A stretch of DNA of 64,000 bases, from contig OZ024743.1 of assembly GCA_964016885.1 (NCBI GenBank), positions 179,738,001 through 179,802,000 on the forward strand, written 5' to 3'. Position numbers and translations under genes: made by a program. The notes below the pieces were generated by a model, which was not told where the DNA came from, did not search any database, and saw only the letters and a list, made by a program, of their open reading frames with translations. The first letter of the stretch is position 1; every line of letters starts with the position of its first letter. This DNA comes from Eledone cirrhosa. Lineage: Eukaryota. This document shows, one piece after another, positions 1-13,064 of the stretch.

Positions 1-14
1 ATCGCTGCAATGAA

Positions 15-545
15 CTGCATATTAGCAGACCCACAGATCAGACACTGTATATTTTAGAAAATATCATATATTTTCACTAGCTCTATCAGTTATTATTAAT
101 ATTCGAAAAACTCAGAATACATTTATTGTATTCAGCCACGTAGAGCGATAAACTATTTGTTTGTTATTTGAATAAGACAAAGCTGGCCCTTAATCGCTCG
201 TATACATAAAACTGACTGGCCTATCTGCTGATATGCAAATCTGGCTGATCAGTGGGTCTGCTAATATGCAGATCTGACTGGTCAACCAGTCTGCTAATAT
301 GCAAATCAGGCCGATCAGTCACTGTATATTTTAGAAAATATCATAAATTTTCACTATCTCTGACAGTTGGCAGGTAAACAATATACTGTACTGATGAAGG
401 GTAATCACCCAGAAACATTAGTTTCTGCAGGTCTGTTTACATGCCGACACAAGAGCAAGAATTACAGGATCATTCTACTGACATGGCTATAAAGAGGCTG
501 TTTGCAAATGAATCGAATATTATTATTAATATTCGAAAAACTCAG

Positions 546-550
<5 letters not shown>
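15..550 (+). mobile_element. ORF-less PLE pLTR or retrozyme-like unit with HHR, ending at (TA)n
   Basis: Direct repeats 43-79/320-356 and 91-116/521-546, inverted repeat 15-33/253-271, HHR at 368-445, (TA)n from 551. Confidence 0.6.
368..445 (+). ncRNA. type I hammerhead ribozyme (one stem III mismatch)
   Basis: ctgta CTGATGA a gggt-aatc-accc a GAAAC attagt TTC tgcag; stem I extends as ggca..gtaaaca / tgtttac..tgcc. Confidence 0.7.
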
Positions 551-580
<30 letters not shown>

Positions 581-587
<7 letters not shown>

Positions 588-1430
588 GAATTGGTGCTCT
601 GAAATATATATATGAATGTATATATAGTGTATTTTGCAATACACTGTATGCTTAATTAAAAGCATTTTGAAGACCATACGCTATTGTTTTAAAATTGTGA
701 CAATGTCACTTATTTAAATTTTCTGCAAAGAGGGGAGATAAACTGACAGAGCTCTGTTTCGTACTTTTTGCTACTTATCAAAGCTCACTACGCATCCTGT
801 TTGCTGAAAATGATGTGTGTTGGATTCTTATAGAATTCCAGTACCAATCAGGAATTGATTATACAGAGCGGTCGCCGGTCCAGCAGAAATTGAAAATTAG
901 AATTGGTGCTCTGAAATAGCGATATATATATGAATGTATATATAGTTAATTTTGCAATACATTGTATGCTTAATTAAAAGCATTTTGAAGACCATACGCT
1001 CTTGTTCTAAAATAGTGACAATGTCACTTATTTAATTTTCAGAAAACAGGGGAGATAAGCTGGTTTTCAAAATGTTTTTAATTAAGCATGCAGTGTATTG
1101 CAAGATACACTATATATACATTCATATATATATATCGCTATTTCAGAGCACCAATTCTAATTTTCAATTAGCGTTGACCGCTCTGTATAATTAGTTCCTG
1201 ATTGTTACTGGAATTCTATAAGAATCCAACACACATAATTTTCAGCAAACAGGAGGAGTAGTGAGCTTTGATAAGTCGCAAAAAGTACAAAACAGAGCTC
1301 TGGCAGTTTATCTCTCCTGTTTGCTGAACATTTAAGTAAGTGACATCGTCACTATTTTAAAGCAATAGTGTATGGTCTTCAAAATGCTTTTAATTAAGCA
1401 TACAGTGTATTGCAAAATACACTATATATA
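581..1430. mobile_element. ~313-bp non-coding HHR unit: 1.5 tandem copies plus an inverted copy, within (TA)n
   Basis: aaaattagaattggtgctctgaaata at 581 and 894; 1060-1430 is the reverse complement of the unit; (TA)n on both sides. Confidence 0.75.
741..785 (-). ncRNA. type I hammerhead ribozyme, U3-A8 core variant
   Basis: Minus strand: agct TTGATAA gta-gcaaaaag-tac GAAAC agagctct GTC agtt; palindromic stem III. The plus copy at 1264-1308 has GAAA and GTC mutated. Confidence 0.7.
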
Positions 1431-1505
1431 CATACATATATATATATACATACATATATATACATGTACACACATATATATATACATATATATATATATA
1501 TATGT

Positions 1506-1573
<68 letters not shown>

Positions 1574-1668
1574 GTATAAACTATTGTTTATAGGGATCGA
1601 CTATTTTTAATGTCATTTGCGGAAGGCCGACTAGATCTAAGGAATTTTAATTTTTACATGTGTGTGTA

Positions 1669-1813
<145 letters not shown>

Positions 1814-1934
1814 CAAATGAATGAGTGAATGAAAAAGTTACAAGCCATTAAAATATTTCTTTATATAGCTCTCATATGTGTTACGCCCACAGGGGCTCGT
1901 CGGAGGCAGATGTTCCGATAGCTAGGTCCTTAAA

Positions 1935-4150
1935 TACATATGCCCCTCCACTTCGGATATAGGTAGAATTAACAAAGTGATCCTCGATAGGATAATGCCC
2001 GAACTAAATAGTAAAGCTCAGGTCCGCCTCTGGGGCAATACTGACCAGGTCATTAAATGGTTCACGGATGTACCTGATAAGGTCTCTTTAAAATTTATCC
2101 AGTTCGACATAGACAATTACTACGCATTTATCTCCCCTATACTCCTAAATAAAGCCCTCATCTGAGGTAGATCTAACACTAGTTTAACTAAAAAAGAAAT
2201 AGACATAGTGTTTGCAGCGAGACGAACAATCATTCACTTCGAAGGCTCCTACTGAACCCGAACCAAACGTCCTGATAACTTTGATATCACGATGGGGTCA
2301 AGTGACTCGGCGCAGGCCACTGATCTGGTTGGAATATACCTCCTACACAGGCTCAGGGACGAGATCCCTGTACTACAAGGAGCTGTATATAAGGACGACA
2401 CCCTATCTACTGTAAGGAACCACAGCCCCCGTAGGATAGAAAACCTCAATAAACATATACATAATTTCTTTAAAACGTACGACATCTCAGTAACAGGAGA
2501 CCACAACTATGAAATAGTTAACTTCTTAGATGTAACGTTAGAATTAGATACTGGCTTATACAGACCATATCACAAGCCTGGTGACTTCCTGTCTTACATC
2601 AACAAAGCATCTAATCACCCCAAATCTACACTTAACTCTATAGTGAGTAGCATCTCACATAGAATCTCATGACTGTCGGCCAATGAGGACCTCTTCAACC
2701 AAAATGCCGATTATTACAACAAGGCACTGGCCGAATCAGGTTATAGCAGCAGGATTTCATACATCCATGACGCAGGCTCTACTAAGCCTCCCTCCCGTAG
2801 GACTGGTGTAATAGCGTGCTGTACCAATAACAACCGCGGCAGCGGGCCTACAAACGGGAAACATACAAATCGAACAAGTAATGCGGCTAGTTCTGGCCAG
2901 CATCATAACAACAAGGGTGGTTGGTTGGGTGAACCACGACACTCACACCAACTTAGTTCGGACAATGGAATTAACAGCAACCTACTAGAAGAATTCCCTG
3001 CATACAGGCTTAATAATGTTGACGGTATCTTACCAACACCTACCAGCAAGCATAGGGCAACCCACAGCTGCCACGCAGGGAGTGGGCTAACACATGGGCA
3101 TAATACGCGCAGAGCACACAATAGGCAGCAGCCCAACTGCCTTGGTAGAAATACCCACCAGGGCATAAACATCCGCACCAACCCAGCTGCGACACGGAAA
3201 CGCTCCGAGAGTAGGGGGAAGGAACCATAAGACATTAGTCTTATGGTTCCTTCCCCCTACTCTCGGAGCGTAGCCTCTAACATACCCAGAATCTTCTTCG
3301 ACGCTTTAGAGAGGAACTTCCCACCTAACCACAGGTATCGAAATATCCTCAACAAGAATAACGTCAAGATATCTTATTCTACTACACCTAATTAGCTGAC
3401 CTCATAGCAATAAGCAACCACAGTAAGCCCACTAGAATAAAACCTGCCTGTAATGCAACATTGGTGAATATGGCTTCCCGGTCAACTTTAACAATTCAGT
3501 CGCCCAGAATAGTAACAGTAATAGTAACTAGGACAGGAATCATAGTATTAGCAGAAACATGTACAATAGCAACACCATAGAAACTAACCGCAGCCCCAGT
3601 AGTGTGACCGATGACCAGGTCAGATACCATAGCAGCGATAACAACGGCCGTAGAAGGCGCTGTAACACGAGCAATAGAAATAGCACCATGTCGCAGGACT
3701 ATTACTACAATAATGCCAACCACAATAATGGCAACAATCGTGATGGTGGAAATGATAGTATTAGGGTCAGCAGCAGTCCTCACATTTTAGAAATGGCAAC
3801 AAAAACACTGCAATTGCCGAAACCCCTCCAAGGCTACTGCTTGATTAGAAATGTAATCTATGGATGCACTGTTACAAGTTATAAAAGTGCTAGGTCGTAC
3901 ATAGGCACCACATCCGGGGAGTTCAAGTCTACATTTAGAGTGCATCTCCACTCATTTAGGAATAGGAAATTAAGATACTCTACCTCCTTCGCTAATTATA
4001 TTACCCAATTAACTAACTCCAACATTAGCTACATCACACAATGGGAAATTGTGAACCATATAATTTCAGGAAAATCTGCCAGCTCTGCTTAATGGAGCTA
4101 TACTATATAGTACAAGCACCCCAGTAACTCATAAATAGTCGGGCCGAAAC
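1935..4150 (+). pseudogene. disrupted PLE RT + GIY-YIG ORF
   Basis: ICPSTSDIGRINKVILDRI, LWGNT..VIKWF, FIQFDIDNYY, FDITMGSSDSAQATDLVG, YKDD, NFLDVTL, SNHP, WFLPPYS, NVIYGC..YIGTTSGEFK; colinear with the 823-aa ORF; stops at 2163 and 2670, plus frameshifts. Confidence 0.9.
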
Positions 4151-4856
4151 AGTCATCAATTGCGGCCGCCGAATGCAACAATCATTCTACAGATGGACCC
4201 GTGAACCTGAATAACTCCGTATCCTTGCGGCTCTCCGCACCGCACCCGGGCATGACCCACCGACGGTAGGTTTGCCAATATACAGCGTAGAATAACATCA
4301 TCAACCACCCATCGGTTTTCCACCGGGAGGCTGCACAGCACCTACTCAGTTGGGCCCACCCCGCTATATTTTTCCTCTTTGCCGGATCGGGTTAAAGTAA
4401 TCGTATGAACTAGCTGCTTGAACCCGAGTAACATCATAGATAAATTGAACATATGAACATACAACTAGGATCCGAATTGGCATCATATTTCCAAGCCTTC
4501 AACATCGCACCCAAACGCCCCCCCCCCCTGCATTAGGTATACCTGTGTGCAGTGTTTAACGTAACGATACTACCAACAGTCTATTGTTTTCCCACCTAAA
4601 CACTGCACGATTTCTACTGAGTTGGACCAGCCCCTCATAAGTTATATGAATAAAATGTTTTTCTCCATAGCTGGGATTGGTAAAAAAATAACACACAGTG
4701 ACATTCAACAGGCACCGGGTAATTACCAGCCTTAGCGAGTTATATCCCTTTCACCGGTGGCAATGCCTTTACCATCTTAAATCAGGATGCATGGCGATGG
4801 GAAATTGTGATATTCTCTCAACGATTTATAATTAAGGACCTCGCCATCGGAACATC

Positions 4857-4897
4857 TGCCTCCGACGAGCCCCTCTCGGCGAAACACGTGTAAGAGC
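4857..4897 (+). ncRNA. HHR-like motif in pLTR (CCGACGA core)
   Basis: CCGACGA gcc-cctctc-ggc GAAAC ACGT GTA agag; palindromic stem III; weak stem I. Confidence 0.55.
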
Positions 4898-5119
4898 TTT
4901 ATAAAGACATGTTTTAACGGCTTTTAACTCTTTCATTCGCTTATTCATTTGCTTAATAAAGCTCTGCTTAAACCTTACGCAAAATATATATTAACCTTGT
5001 CTAATATTTAACCCTGCTAACCCAAGCATCGAGCACGCTACGCTTCGGCTTTTGGCATTTAGTATTCTGTATCGCACCTCTTTGTATCTCTCCTCTTCAT
5101 CCTCTCCTACAATACTTTA

Positions 5120-5197
<78 letters not shown>

Positions 5198-5211
5198 TAC
5201 CTATATATAAA

Positions 5212-5269
<58 letters not shown>

Positions 5270-5287
5270 TAACTCTATATATATATA

Positions 5288-5332
<45 letters not shown>

Positions 5333-5375
5333 GTGTGTATATATATACACACACATATACATACTTATATATAAA

Positions 5376-5419
<44 letters not shown>

Positions 5420-5439
5420 TATACATACCTATATATAAA

Positions 5440-5502
<63 letters not shown>

Positions 5503-5689
5503 TTTTATATATACAAAGTGAAGAAAGGTGGGGGAATAAAATGAGAGAGACAGTTAGGCGGACAGTTGAAATATGAGGGATTTGTGTGTATGTTAACACA
5601 AGGTATAACCATATTGTTTCAACAGCTTACACTTCTGTGATTAAATCTTACTACTTATATAGTCTTGGCATGTATTGGAACCGACAATT

Positions 5690-6215
5690 TCTCAGAGCAT
5701 CTTAGGGGACAGTCCGACAGTATGGAAGAGACCTTGCCTCGAAGGATGGTGAGGAACGCGTTGGAGGGGCAACCCCGCCTCGCTTGGCTGGCACTTGCGG
5801 GTAGTCATCTCTGCTATGCTATCAGTGAGCAGGGATGTGATCCGAGGGTTCCAGACCACCGTAAGTCTCCACTGCCACAGGTTCAACTTCAGACCTATCA
5901 CAAAGCGGCCAATGTTTGGACAGTTTGCCCTGTTCGGTCATACGAGAAGCGAACCTGGGTTGGTAGCCGAACGCACCAGATTGCCGTTGATACGTTGTCA
6001 CAGCATGTGGTATCTCAGATAAGGGGCCTACACCCGCGGAACGGGAAGATTGTCATGCCATATAGCCTTTTAACGTCCCCTAGTTCCAGCCGTTCCAGCG
6101 AGAGCTTGGAAAAGAAGCCTACGCCGCCCAGGCGATGCTTTATAAATCTCCTTGTAAGCAGCATGGTGTGTGAGGCAGCCAGCAGGCCAGCACAGTAACG
6201 GCAACACAGTCTCAC
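5690..6215 (-). pseudogene. CRE-like non-LTR retrotransposon 3' fragment (restriction-like endonuclease)
   Basis: CCRYCAG..H, GDVKRLYGMTIFPFRGCRPLI*DTTC resembles the RPDGMT..W/DAT RLE motif; homologous to 61295-61690; frameshifted. Confidence 0.6.
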
Positions 6216-6710
6216 AAATTATGACAGAAACAAGATATTTCTAGAAGATGCCCAACGATTTGCATCACTAGAATTGAATATCGAACTCGTCAAATTAAAT
6301 AAAAAATCATATACCAGTTATTTAGTAAATATTCATATTGATATATTGATTTTGTGAAGTAATAGTCACTTGCAAATTGGTTTCTGTTTTACAGACACAT
6401 TTATAACGATGCTTTCTCTCTTTCGCCCTCTCGATTCTCTTAATACTGCGTGAACATTTTTTTTTAAATTATATCAACTGAAGAATATATTAAAGTCTGC
6501 AGCTATGCATTAATCAATATGTTTTCCATTTTGCTTTGATCTGATTCATTTTCATTCATTGAACATTTTAAAATATCAAAATAAATATTTTGACGTCGTA
6601 AATATTTACATACAATGAGCATGTGTTTATGCATAGTATGTATATATATATAAATAAATAAATAAATAAATAAATATATATATATATATACACTATATTA
6701 TATATATATA

Positions 6711-6766
<56 letters not shown>

Positions 6767-6781
6767 TACGATATATATGTA

Positions 6782-6813
<32 letters not shown>

Positions 6814-6816
<3 letters not shown>

Positions 6817-7008
6817 AACGAGTAGTACCCCGACGGCTGAGCTCAAGCCGTTTCGACGGCTAATTCTGGGTCCAGAATTAGCCGTCGAAACGGCTTGAGC
6901 TCAGCCGTCGGGGTCCTACTCGTTCCTATTACCCACTCTACTACTCTAAGTATTGAGTACTTTGGTGCGTTATGGTCCACCTGGTTCCTTACCACATTTC
7001 CTTCGTTA
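6814..7008. mobile_element. fold-back fragment of an HHR-bearing pLTR within (TA)n
   Basis: Near-perfect palindrome 6814-6926; the arm matches 57585-57640 (GAAAC ggct..agcc GTC gggg, the 3' half of an HHR). Confidence 0.75.
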
Positions 7009-7125
7009 TATATATATATATACTATATATATATATATACTATATATATATATATATACATACGATATATATGTATACTATATATATATATATAAATATA
7101 TATATATACACTATGTGTGCATATA

Positions 7126-7157
<32 letters not shown>

Positions 7158-7201
7158 CACTGTGTGCATATATATATGTATATATATATATATACTGTAC
7201 G

Positions 7202-7232
<31 letters not shown>

Positions 7233-8085
7233 CGCGCGCACACACACACACTCACACACATATCTGTTGGGGGTTGGATATACACACATTCACGCAAACA
7301 TACATTTCATTTATTTAACACATTCACACAAATGCCCCCCCCCCCCAACACACACACATACACACACTCTCGAAAAGACATCAAGACAGGTAGATACCCT
7401 AAAACTTACTCTGGCCTTTTATCCCTACAGATCTAGAGATATGACCAGTAATTCCACCATTTATTCAACTACACACATCCCAAACCTCACCCTGATCGGT
7501 TATCATAATCCTTTATTGTGTCATTCGCTGGCCAATCGTTCTTTCTGCGACTAGGGCCAGATTGAATGGGAGGAGAAGGGGGCTATTTCCCCAGGTCCCC
7601 TGCAGTGGGGTACCCACCAGCGACTGCTGTAGCAATTTATTTGTGCCCTCTGCTGGGCTTCTTAGTTTCAGGATGGTTAGAGTTTTTGAATGTAATACCT
7701 GTATGTATAACCTTTCAATTCCAATTACTTCCACCAAACTAACTTTGATATGTAAAAATTGGGGGTTTGCTGTGTATTGTAATTATTTATGTGTACCCCC
7801 CCCCCCCGATCCTTTAATGTTTAAATCCAACCCTGTCTACAATACACATACACAAACAACTAACCCAATTCTCCCTCCTCTTCCTCTCATTTTGACCCAC
7901 TTATCACAATTTTCTTTAGACCAGTCCAAAGTTCACCCCCAGGGGCAGAAACCACATGTTTCGTCTGGCCACAGTTCCTTAATATGTCCGAGTGTCATTT
8001 CTTGAGGTTTTATTTTGATTTGTTTACCTCCTGTTTTGCACCATACACGTCTCCATGGTACGTGGGCACATACACACACACACGT

Positions 8086-8126
<41 letters not shown>

Positions 8127-8134
8127 ATAGTTGT

Positions 8135-8365
8135 TTTTTCTGGCGTTAAACGACTAAGAGTACAATACACTCACTGGACTGGACGAAAGTCCATCACAGG
8201 GTTATACTTGTTGCTGTTACTCATCTTTGGCTGAGTACAAAGGAGCAATATGAAATGAAGCGTTTTGCTCAAGACCCCAACACACAACCACGTCTACTAA
8301 TCGAACCCCCGGCATTATGATTGCAAGTCCAACACCCTTGCATCTAGGCCACACGCATCCACATA
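8135..8365 (-). mobile_element. tRNA-derived SINE family B (degenerate)
   Basis: Homologous to 8740-9017; GTTCGATT B-box-like motif; cttgagcaaaac core-like segment. Confidence 0.6.
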
Positions 8366-8739
8366 CTACGACATAAACCCACCCAAAAGATGCGCTCAAT
8401 AACCCTACAGACACGTGTACATTGATTCACTCCAAAATTTACTTGCTACAAGTGATACACACAAAATATAAACTGACTGTAGAACACCTGTAATTTGTGG
8501 GCGATGTGAACACACAATGTGTGGAAATAAAGAGAGTCCACAGATCGGTACAGTGGCTTTGGCTTGAATATAACAATACCAAAGCTTCTCGTACCCATCC
8601 TTGGAAACCTCTTTAAAAACAACCAGTTCTACTGCAGCAGAGGAATCCATTTAATAATGTTATAAATTACCACTAAAACCCTATCTATTTTATAACACTG
8701 ATGCTTTAACATAGGGTTTTAGTCTGAAATCTGTCTTGA

Positions 8740-9017
8740 GGCCAGTGTTTACCCTGGATTCCGTGGTGTTACGTAACTCAGAATACAAGACTCCCCCGCC
8801 CTGAAAAAGACACCAGTCAATCGGCAAAGTTTAACCCACCCACCCACCCCACCCCCGGTTATTGCTACAGGTACTCATTTGAAGCTGAGTATACTGGAGC
8901 AGCGTGAGATGAAGTGTTTTGCTCAAGAATGTAACACACAACCCAGTTCAGTAATCGAACGCGGGACATTATGATCCTAAGTCCAACACCCTTAGCACTA
9001 GGTCACGCGCTTCCACC
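8740..9017 (-). mobile_element. tRNA-derived SINE family B
   Basis: Minus head gtggaagcgcgTGACCTAGTGC (A box) .. GTTCGATTAC (B box), then ttcttgagcaaaacacttcat, a CORE/MIR-like segment. Confidence 0.7.
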
Positions 9018-9099
9018 ATAGCCTAGGTACAGTGTCATGAATGTTTTAACGGCGCTCTTTTAGAATATTTAGATCGTTTAAATTTTTTTTTTTTTTTTT

Positions 9100-9268
9100 G
9101 AGGGAGAAAATCGATTAAATCAACCTCAGTGTATTACTGGAGCTTTATTTTATCGATCCAGCAAGGATAAAAGGCAAAGCTAACCTCGGCGAGATTTGAA
9201 CTCGGAACGTAAAGGGCAGTAACTCTATGATACGAAGCATACTGCCAATTCTGCCAATCCACCACCCT
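9100..9268 (-). mobile_element. tRNA-derived SINE family A
   Basis: TGGCAGAATTGG / GAGTTCAAATC boxes; ttttatcga..aaggcaaag body shared by about 15 copies in the window. Confidence 0.8.
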
Positions 9269-9585
9269 TATTTAGGTTCAATAATGTAACTACCTACCTA
9301 GGGCTGGTGCAACCCTCTTTCCTTTCAACTGTCACTTCCTGAATATTTCACTGGATTAAAGGGTGAAGGGTCAGGTAGTGTCTATATAAGCTGGCGTCTG
9401 TATGAGCACCTAAATCCCTTAGTGATTAGTGGCAGTATTAGTAGAGATATATTTTTTTATTGGTTTGCCTTTTCTTTAATGCTAGCTGTTTTCGTAATCT
9501 AGGCTATAAACTCTTCTTCCTTTAAACAATTTGTATTCAATATAGTTATCTATTTCCATATTGAATCTTCCGTGTGAACTGAGAA

Positions 9586-9779
9586 TAATAATTATTTCTA
9601 CTTTAGGCACAAGGCCAGCAATTACCCAGTACATTACTGGTACTTTATTTTATCGACCCCGTAAGGATGAAAGGCAAAGTCAACCTCGGCGGGATTTGAA
9701 CTCAGATCGTAAAGGGACGTAACTATGCTCGAAAGCATGTCGTCCGACTCTCCACCGATACTGCCAATCCACCACCGCC
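9586..9779 (-). mobile_element. SINE family A (short subfamily)
   Basis: A box TGGCAGTATCGG, B box GAGTTCAAATCC, ATT tail. Confidence 0.85.
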
Positions 9780-9932
9780 ATGAACTGAGAATAATAATAT
9801 TTCTCTATAAAATATTTAGGTTTTAGAATTCTTTTTGTGAAGCCAATGAACATCACTGAAATACTGCAGTTAATCTCAGCAAAGATTTTCAAGCTTATCT
9901 CATTTATATGCCATTCACCTTCTCTCTATTTA

Positions 9933-10117
9933 CAATAATTGTTTCTACTTTTGGCACAAGGCCAGCAATTATCCCAGTGTATTACTGGTACTTTATGTTA
10001 TCGACCCTGTAAGGATGAAAGGCAAACTTAACCTTGGCGAGATTTGAACTCATATCATAAAGGGGCGTAACTCTATGCTGCAAAGCATGGCGTCCGACCC
10101 TCTACCGATACTGCCAA
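9933..10117 (-). mobile_element. SINE family A (short subfamily)
   Basis: Near-copy of 9586-9779. Confidence 0.85.
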
Positions 10118-10324
10118 TAATGATGGTCAGATTTTGAGAATCACGGATGTCAAAGATATCAAAAATTCTTTTGCATTTTTTTAAAATACATAATACAATT
10201 TAGGAATACTAATCCACCTTTCATACAATGACTGAATACAGTGTATCTCAATACATCAGTCATGTGGTGTTTAGTTAATATGTATTTGAGATGTTTGTGG
10301 GCTTATGTATTTATCTATATAATA

Positions 10325-10515
10325 TAATTGTTTCTACTTTTGACACAAGACCAGCAATTATCCCACTGCATTGCTGGTACTTTATTTTATCGACCCCGTA
10401 AGGATGAAAAGCAAAGTTAACTTCGTCGGGATTTTAATTCAGACCGTAAAGGGTTGTAACTCTATGCTGCAAAGCACGGCGTCCGACCTTCTACCGATAC
10501 TGCCAATCCACCGCC
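10325..10515 (-). mobile_element. SINE family A (short subfamily)
   Basis: Near-copy of 9586-9779. Confidence 0.85.
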
Positions 10516-10661
10516 CGGCATAATATGTAGTATTTCTATTAACATTTTCACATATTTCTGTGTTACTAGTGGTTTCAATATGAAAAAACATTTACATGCA
10601 TGCGCACTTACATACAAACGTATATAAGTACGCATACATGCATACTTATACACACAAAGCA

Positions 10662-10850
10662 GGTGGTATGGCAGATATCGGTAGAGGGTTGGACGCCATG
10701 CTTTCTAGCATAGTTACGTCCCTTTACAGTCTGAGTTCAAATCCCGCCGAGGTTAACTTTGCCTTTCATCCTTACGGGGTCGATAAAATAAAGTACCAGT
10801 AATCTACTGGATAATTGCTGGCCTTGTGCCAAAAGTAGAAACAATTATTA
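10662..10850 (+). mobile_element. SINE family A (short subfamily)
   Basis: ggtggtatggcagatatcggtagag..gagttcaaatcccgccgagg..gtgccaaaagtagaaacaattatta. Confidence 0.85.
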
Positions 10851-11019
10851 CTTGCTGAAACAGATTAGGTTAGACCTTTCATGTCGGGATACTGTACGAT
10901 TTTAAATCTCATTGGATGAAGAGAGAATGTAATGTTTCATGGTTAATGAAATATCTTTTTTTACTACAGAATAAAATTGATGCGTTATAAAAATAAAAAT
11001 AAAAATGAAGAAATCGTTA

Positions 11020-11180
11020 TTAAGTTACGCTCCTTTACGTTCAGATTAATTCTAGCCCTATATGTGTCGACATTGTATTTAGTATCGATAAAATAACTGT
11101 TTGTAAATTATTGGCGACCTAATTGACTATAACTCTCTCACAATAAATTTGTTCTAGTGTGCCAAAGAAAAGAACATTAG
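11020..11180 (+). mobile_element. SINE family A, highly degenerate
   Basis: cctttacgttc, tcgataaaataa and gtgccaaa..agaa remnants. Confidence 0.4.
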
Positions 11181-11504
11181 TTGTGGTTTCCTATCACTTT
11201 TCACTTACCGAAAATAGAGTTTATACATTTACTTACACCATATTCCCGGGAATGAGATAGATGTATTCGATCCACGACTCTTTTCGACTCGGTTCATTCT
11301 TGTTCTGTAATATAAAAAAATGATGCATGCATGGTCCCGTAATACCTGAGTCATAGGGGCACCGTATTGACACGCGGTGTTTCTAAGGCAGTTTTTAAAC
11401 CTGGTGGAGCCCATCTCCACACCATGTCTGAATACAGTAGCTTTCTCCCAGACAAGGATAGAGAGAGTGAAAGAACGGACGAGAGAACCTGATATAGCGG
11501 AAGA

Positions 11505-11620
11505 ATTGGCTGGTACGTTTTTTATCGACCTCGAATGAATGAAGTCAAAGATGATCCGGCGGGATTTGAACTCAGAGAACAGCGAGCAGGAACTAATACC
11601 GCTAAGCATTCTACCCGATG
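11505..11620 (-). mobile_element. SINE family A, partial
   Basis: ctggtac..tttatcgacc..ggcgggatttgaactcaga. Confidence 0.6.
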
Positions 11621-11880
11621 TTCCAACAACTATACTATTTGCCGCTTACTATAAAGAAGATATAACTTTTATAATGAAAAGAAAAGGAGCGAATTTAACT
11701 GTTTTAAACAACCAAAATCGAGCTTGTATTTATACATTATTTTGTCATATGTCTTCTAACCCTTACCAACCATAAATTATATATGTGTATATATGTGTAC
11801 GTATATGTATGTATATATGTGTGTGTATATTAAATAGATGTATAAATATGTATATATATGTGTGTATATATATATATATA

Positions 11881-11945
<65 letters not shown>

Positions 11946-12612
11946 ATATATATAAGGCCAGAGAATAAAATGAGAAGGAATTTCCTTAAAGGCGAGGTGG
12001 CGGAGGTTTATAGAATTGCCTTCGACCGGAAATTAAGACCCGCCACAAACCAGATCTTTATACCTATGTGTGTGTTTGTGTGTATCAATTCAACATTGTG
12101 GGCGTCTGATGTTTGTATTTATCCTTCGCCTCCAAGAGTAATCAAAACATCCATCTTATTTAAGACGCTTCAAATGTATTGTTTAAACTCTATATTACAA
12201 TACTGTGCTATTCCAACATATCCAAACCAGAGTTTAGCGTCCCGCCATGTGTAGAAAATGTCAACAAAGGGAATTTTCTTGCGTTTAGAAATTTCTTATT
12301 GAGATATATTTTATTGGCTGATCGAATATATCCAATAGTATTCAATATATGATTGATTGTATTGACTGTCGGCGACGATCTTCTGTCTTTCATTAGAACA
12401 TCTATATATATATATTCTCTCAAATCCACAATATTATTTATAGCATAAGAATAGTTTATACATTTTCGTAAAGCTGCAATTAAGTTTTTGGTTTAACATT
12501 AGATAAACTATCATATTCTACGACAGTGTGTCTTGTCAATCTGTCTTATGCGAAGACTCGCGTTCATATAACTTCTTTTGTAAAATTTGCTAGCGCCACT
12601 AATTTTATTGAG

Positions 12613-12833
12613 AGTGGTAAATTGGCAGTATCGGTAGAGCGTCGGACAGGATCCCTTGTCGTATATAGTTACAGCCCTTTACGTTCTGATTTCAAATCCC
12701 GCCGTGGTTAGCTTTGCCTTTTATCCATACGGAGTCGATAAAATAAAGTACCAGTAATGTACAGAGGTCGATTTATTCGACTTTCAGTTCCTTCAAATTT
12801 GTTGGCCTGGTGCCTAAATCAAAAACCATTATT
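12613..12833 (+). mobile_element. SINE family A (long form)
   Basis: A and B boxes, body, ATT tail; tandem with the next copy. Confidence 0.85.
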
Positions 12834-12842
12834 ACTGAGTGC

Positions 12843-13062
12843 AGTGGATTGGCGGAATCGGTAGAGCATCGGACACCCTGCTTCGTGGCATAGACTTACA
12901 GTCGTTTACGTTCTGCGTTTCAAATCCAGATGAGGTTAGGTTTGCCTTTCATCCTTACGGAGTCAGTTAAATAAAGTACCAGTAATGCACTGGGGACGAT
13001 TTAATCAACTTCCAGTTCCTCCAAAATTGTTGGCTTTGTTCCTAAATCAGAAACCATTGTTA
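12843..13062 (+). mobile_element. SINE family A (long form)
   Basis: Second copy directly after 12613-12833. Confidence 0.85.
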
Positions 13063-13064
13063 TT

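Noticed and set aside
1935-4150. In-frame TGA as selenocysteine (reported for some Naiads)
   Set aside because: The TGAs at 2163 and 2670 align with aromatic and Arg positions, not Cys; the copy is also frameshifted; the intact ORFs use ordinary Cys codons.
7945-8010. Degenerate HHR on the minus strand (CTCAAGA..GAAACATGT)
   Set aside because: Core mutated, no cleavage triplet, stem II unconvincing.
9100-10850. tRNA genes
   Set aside because: The A and B boxes belong to SINE heads; no cloverleaf.
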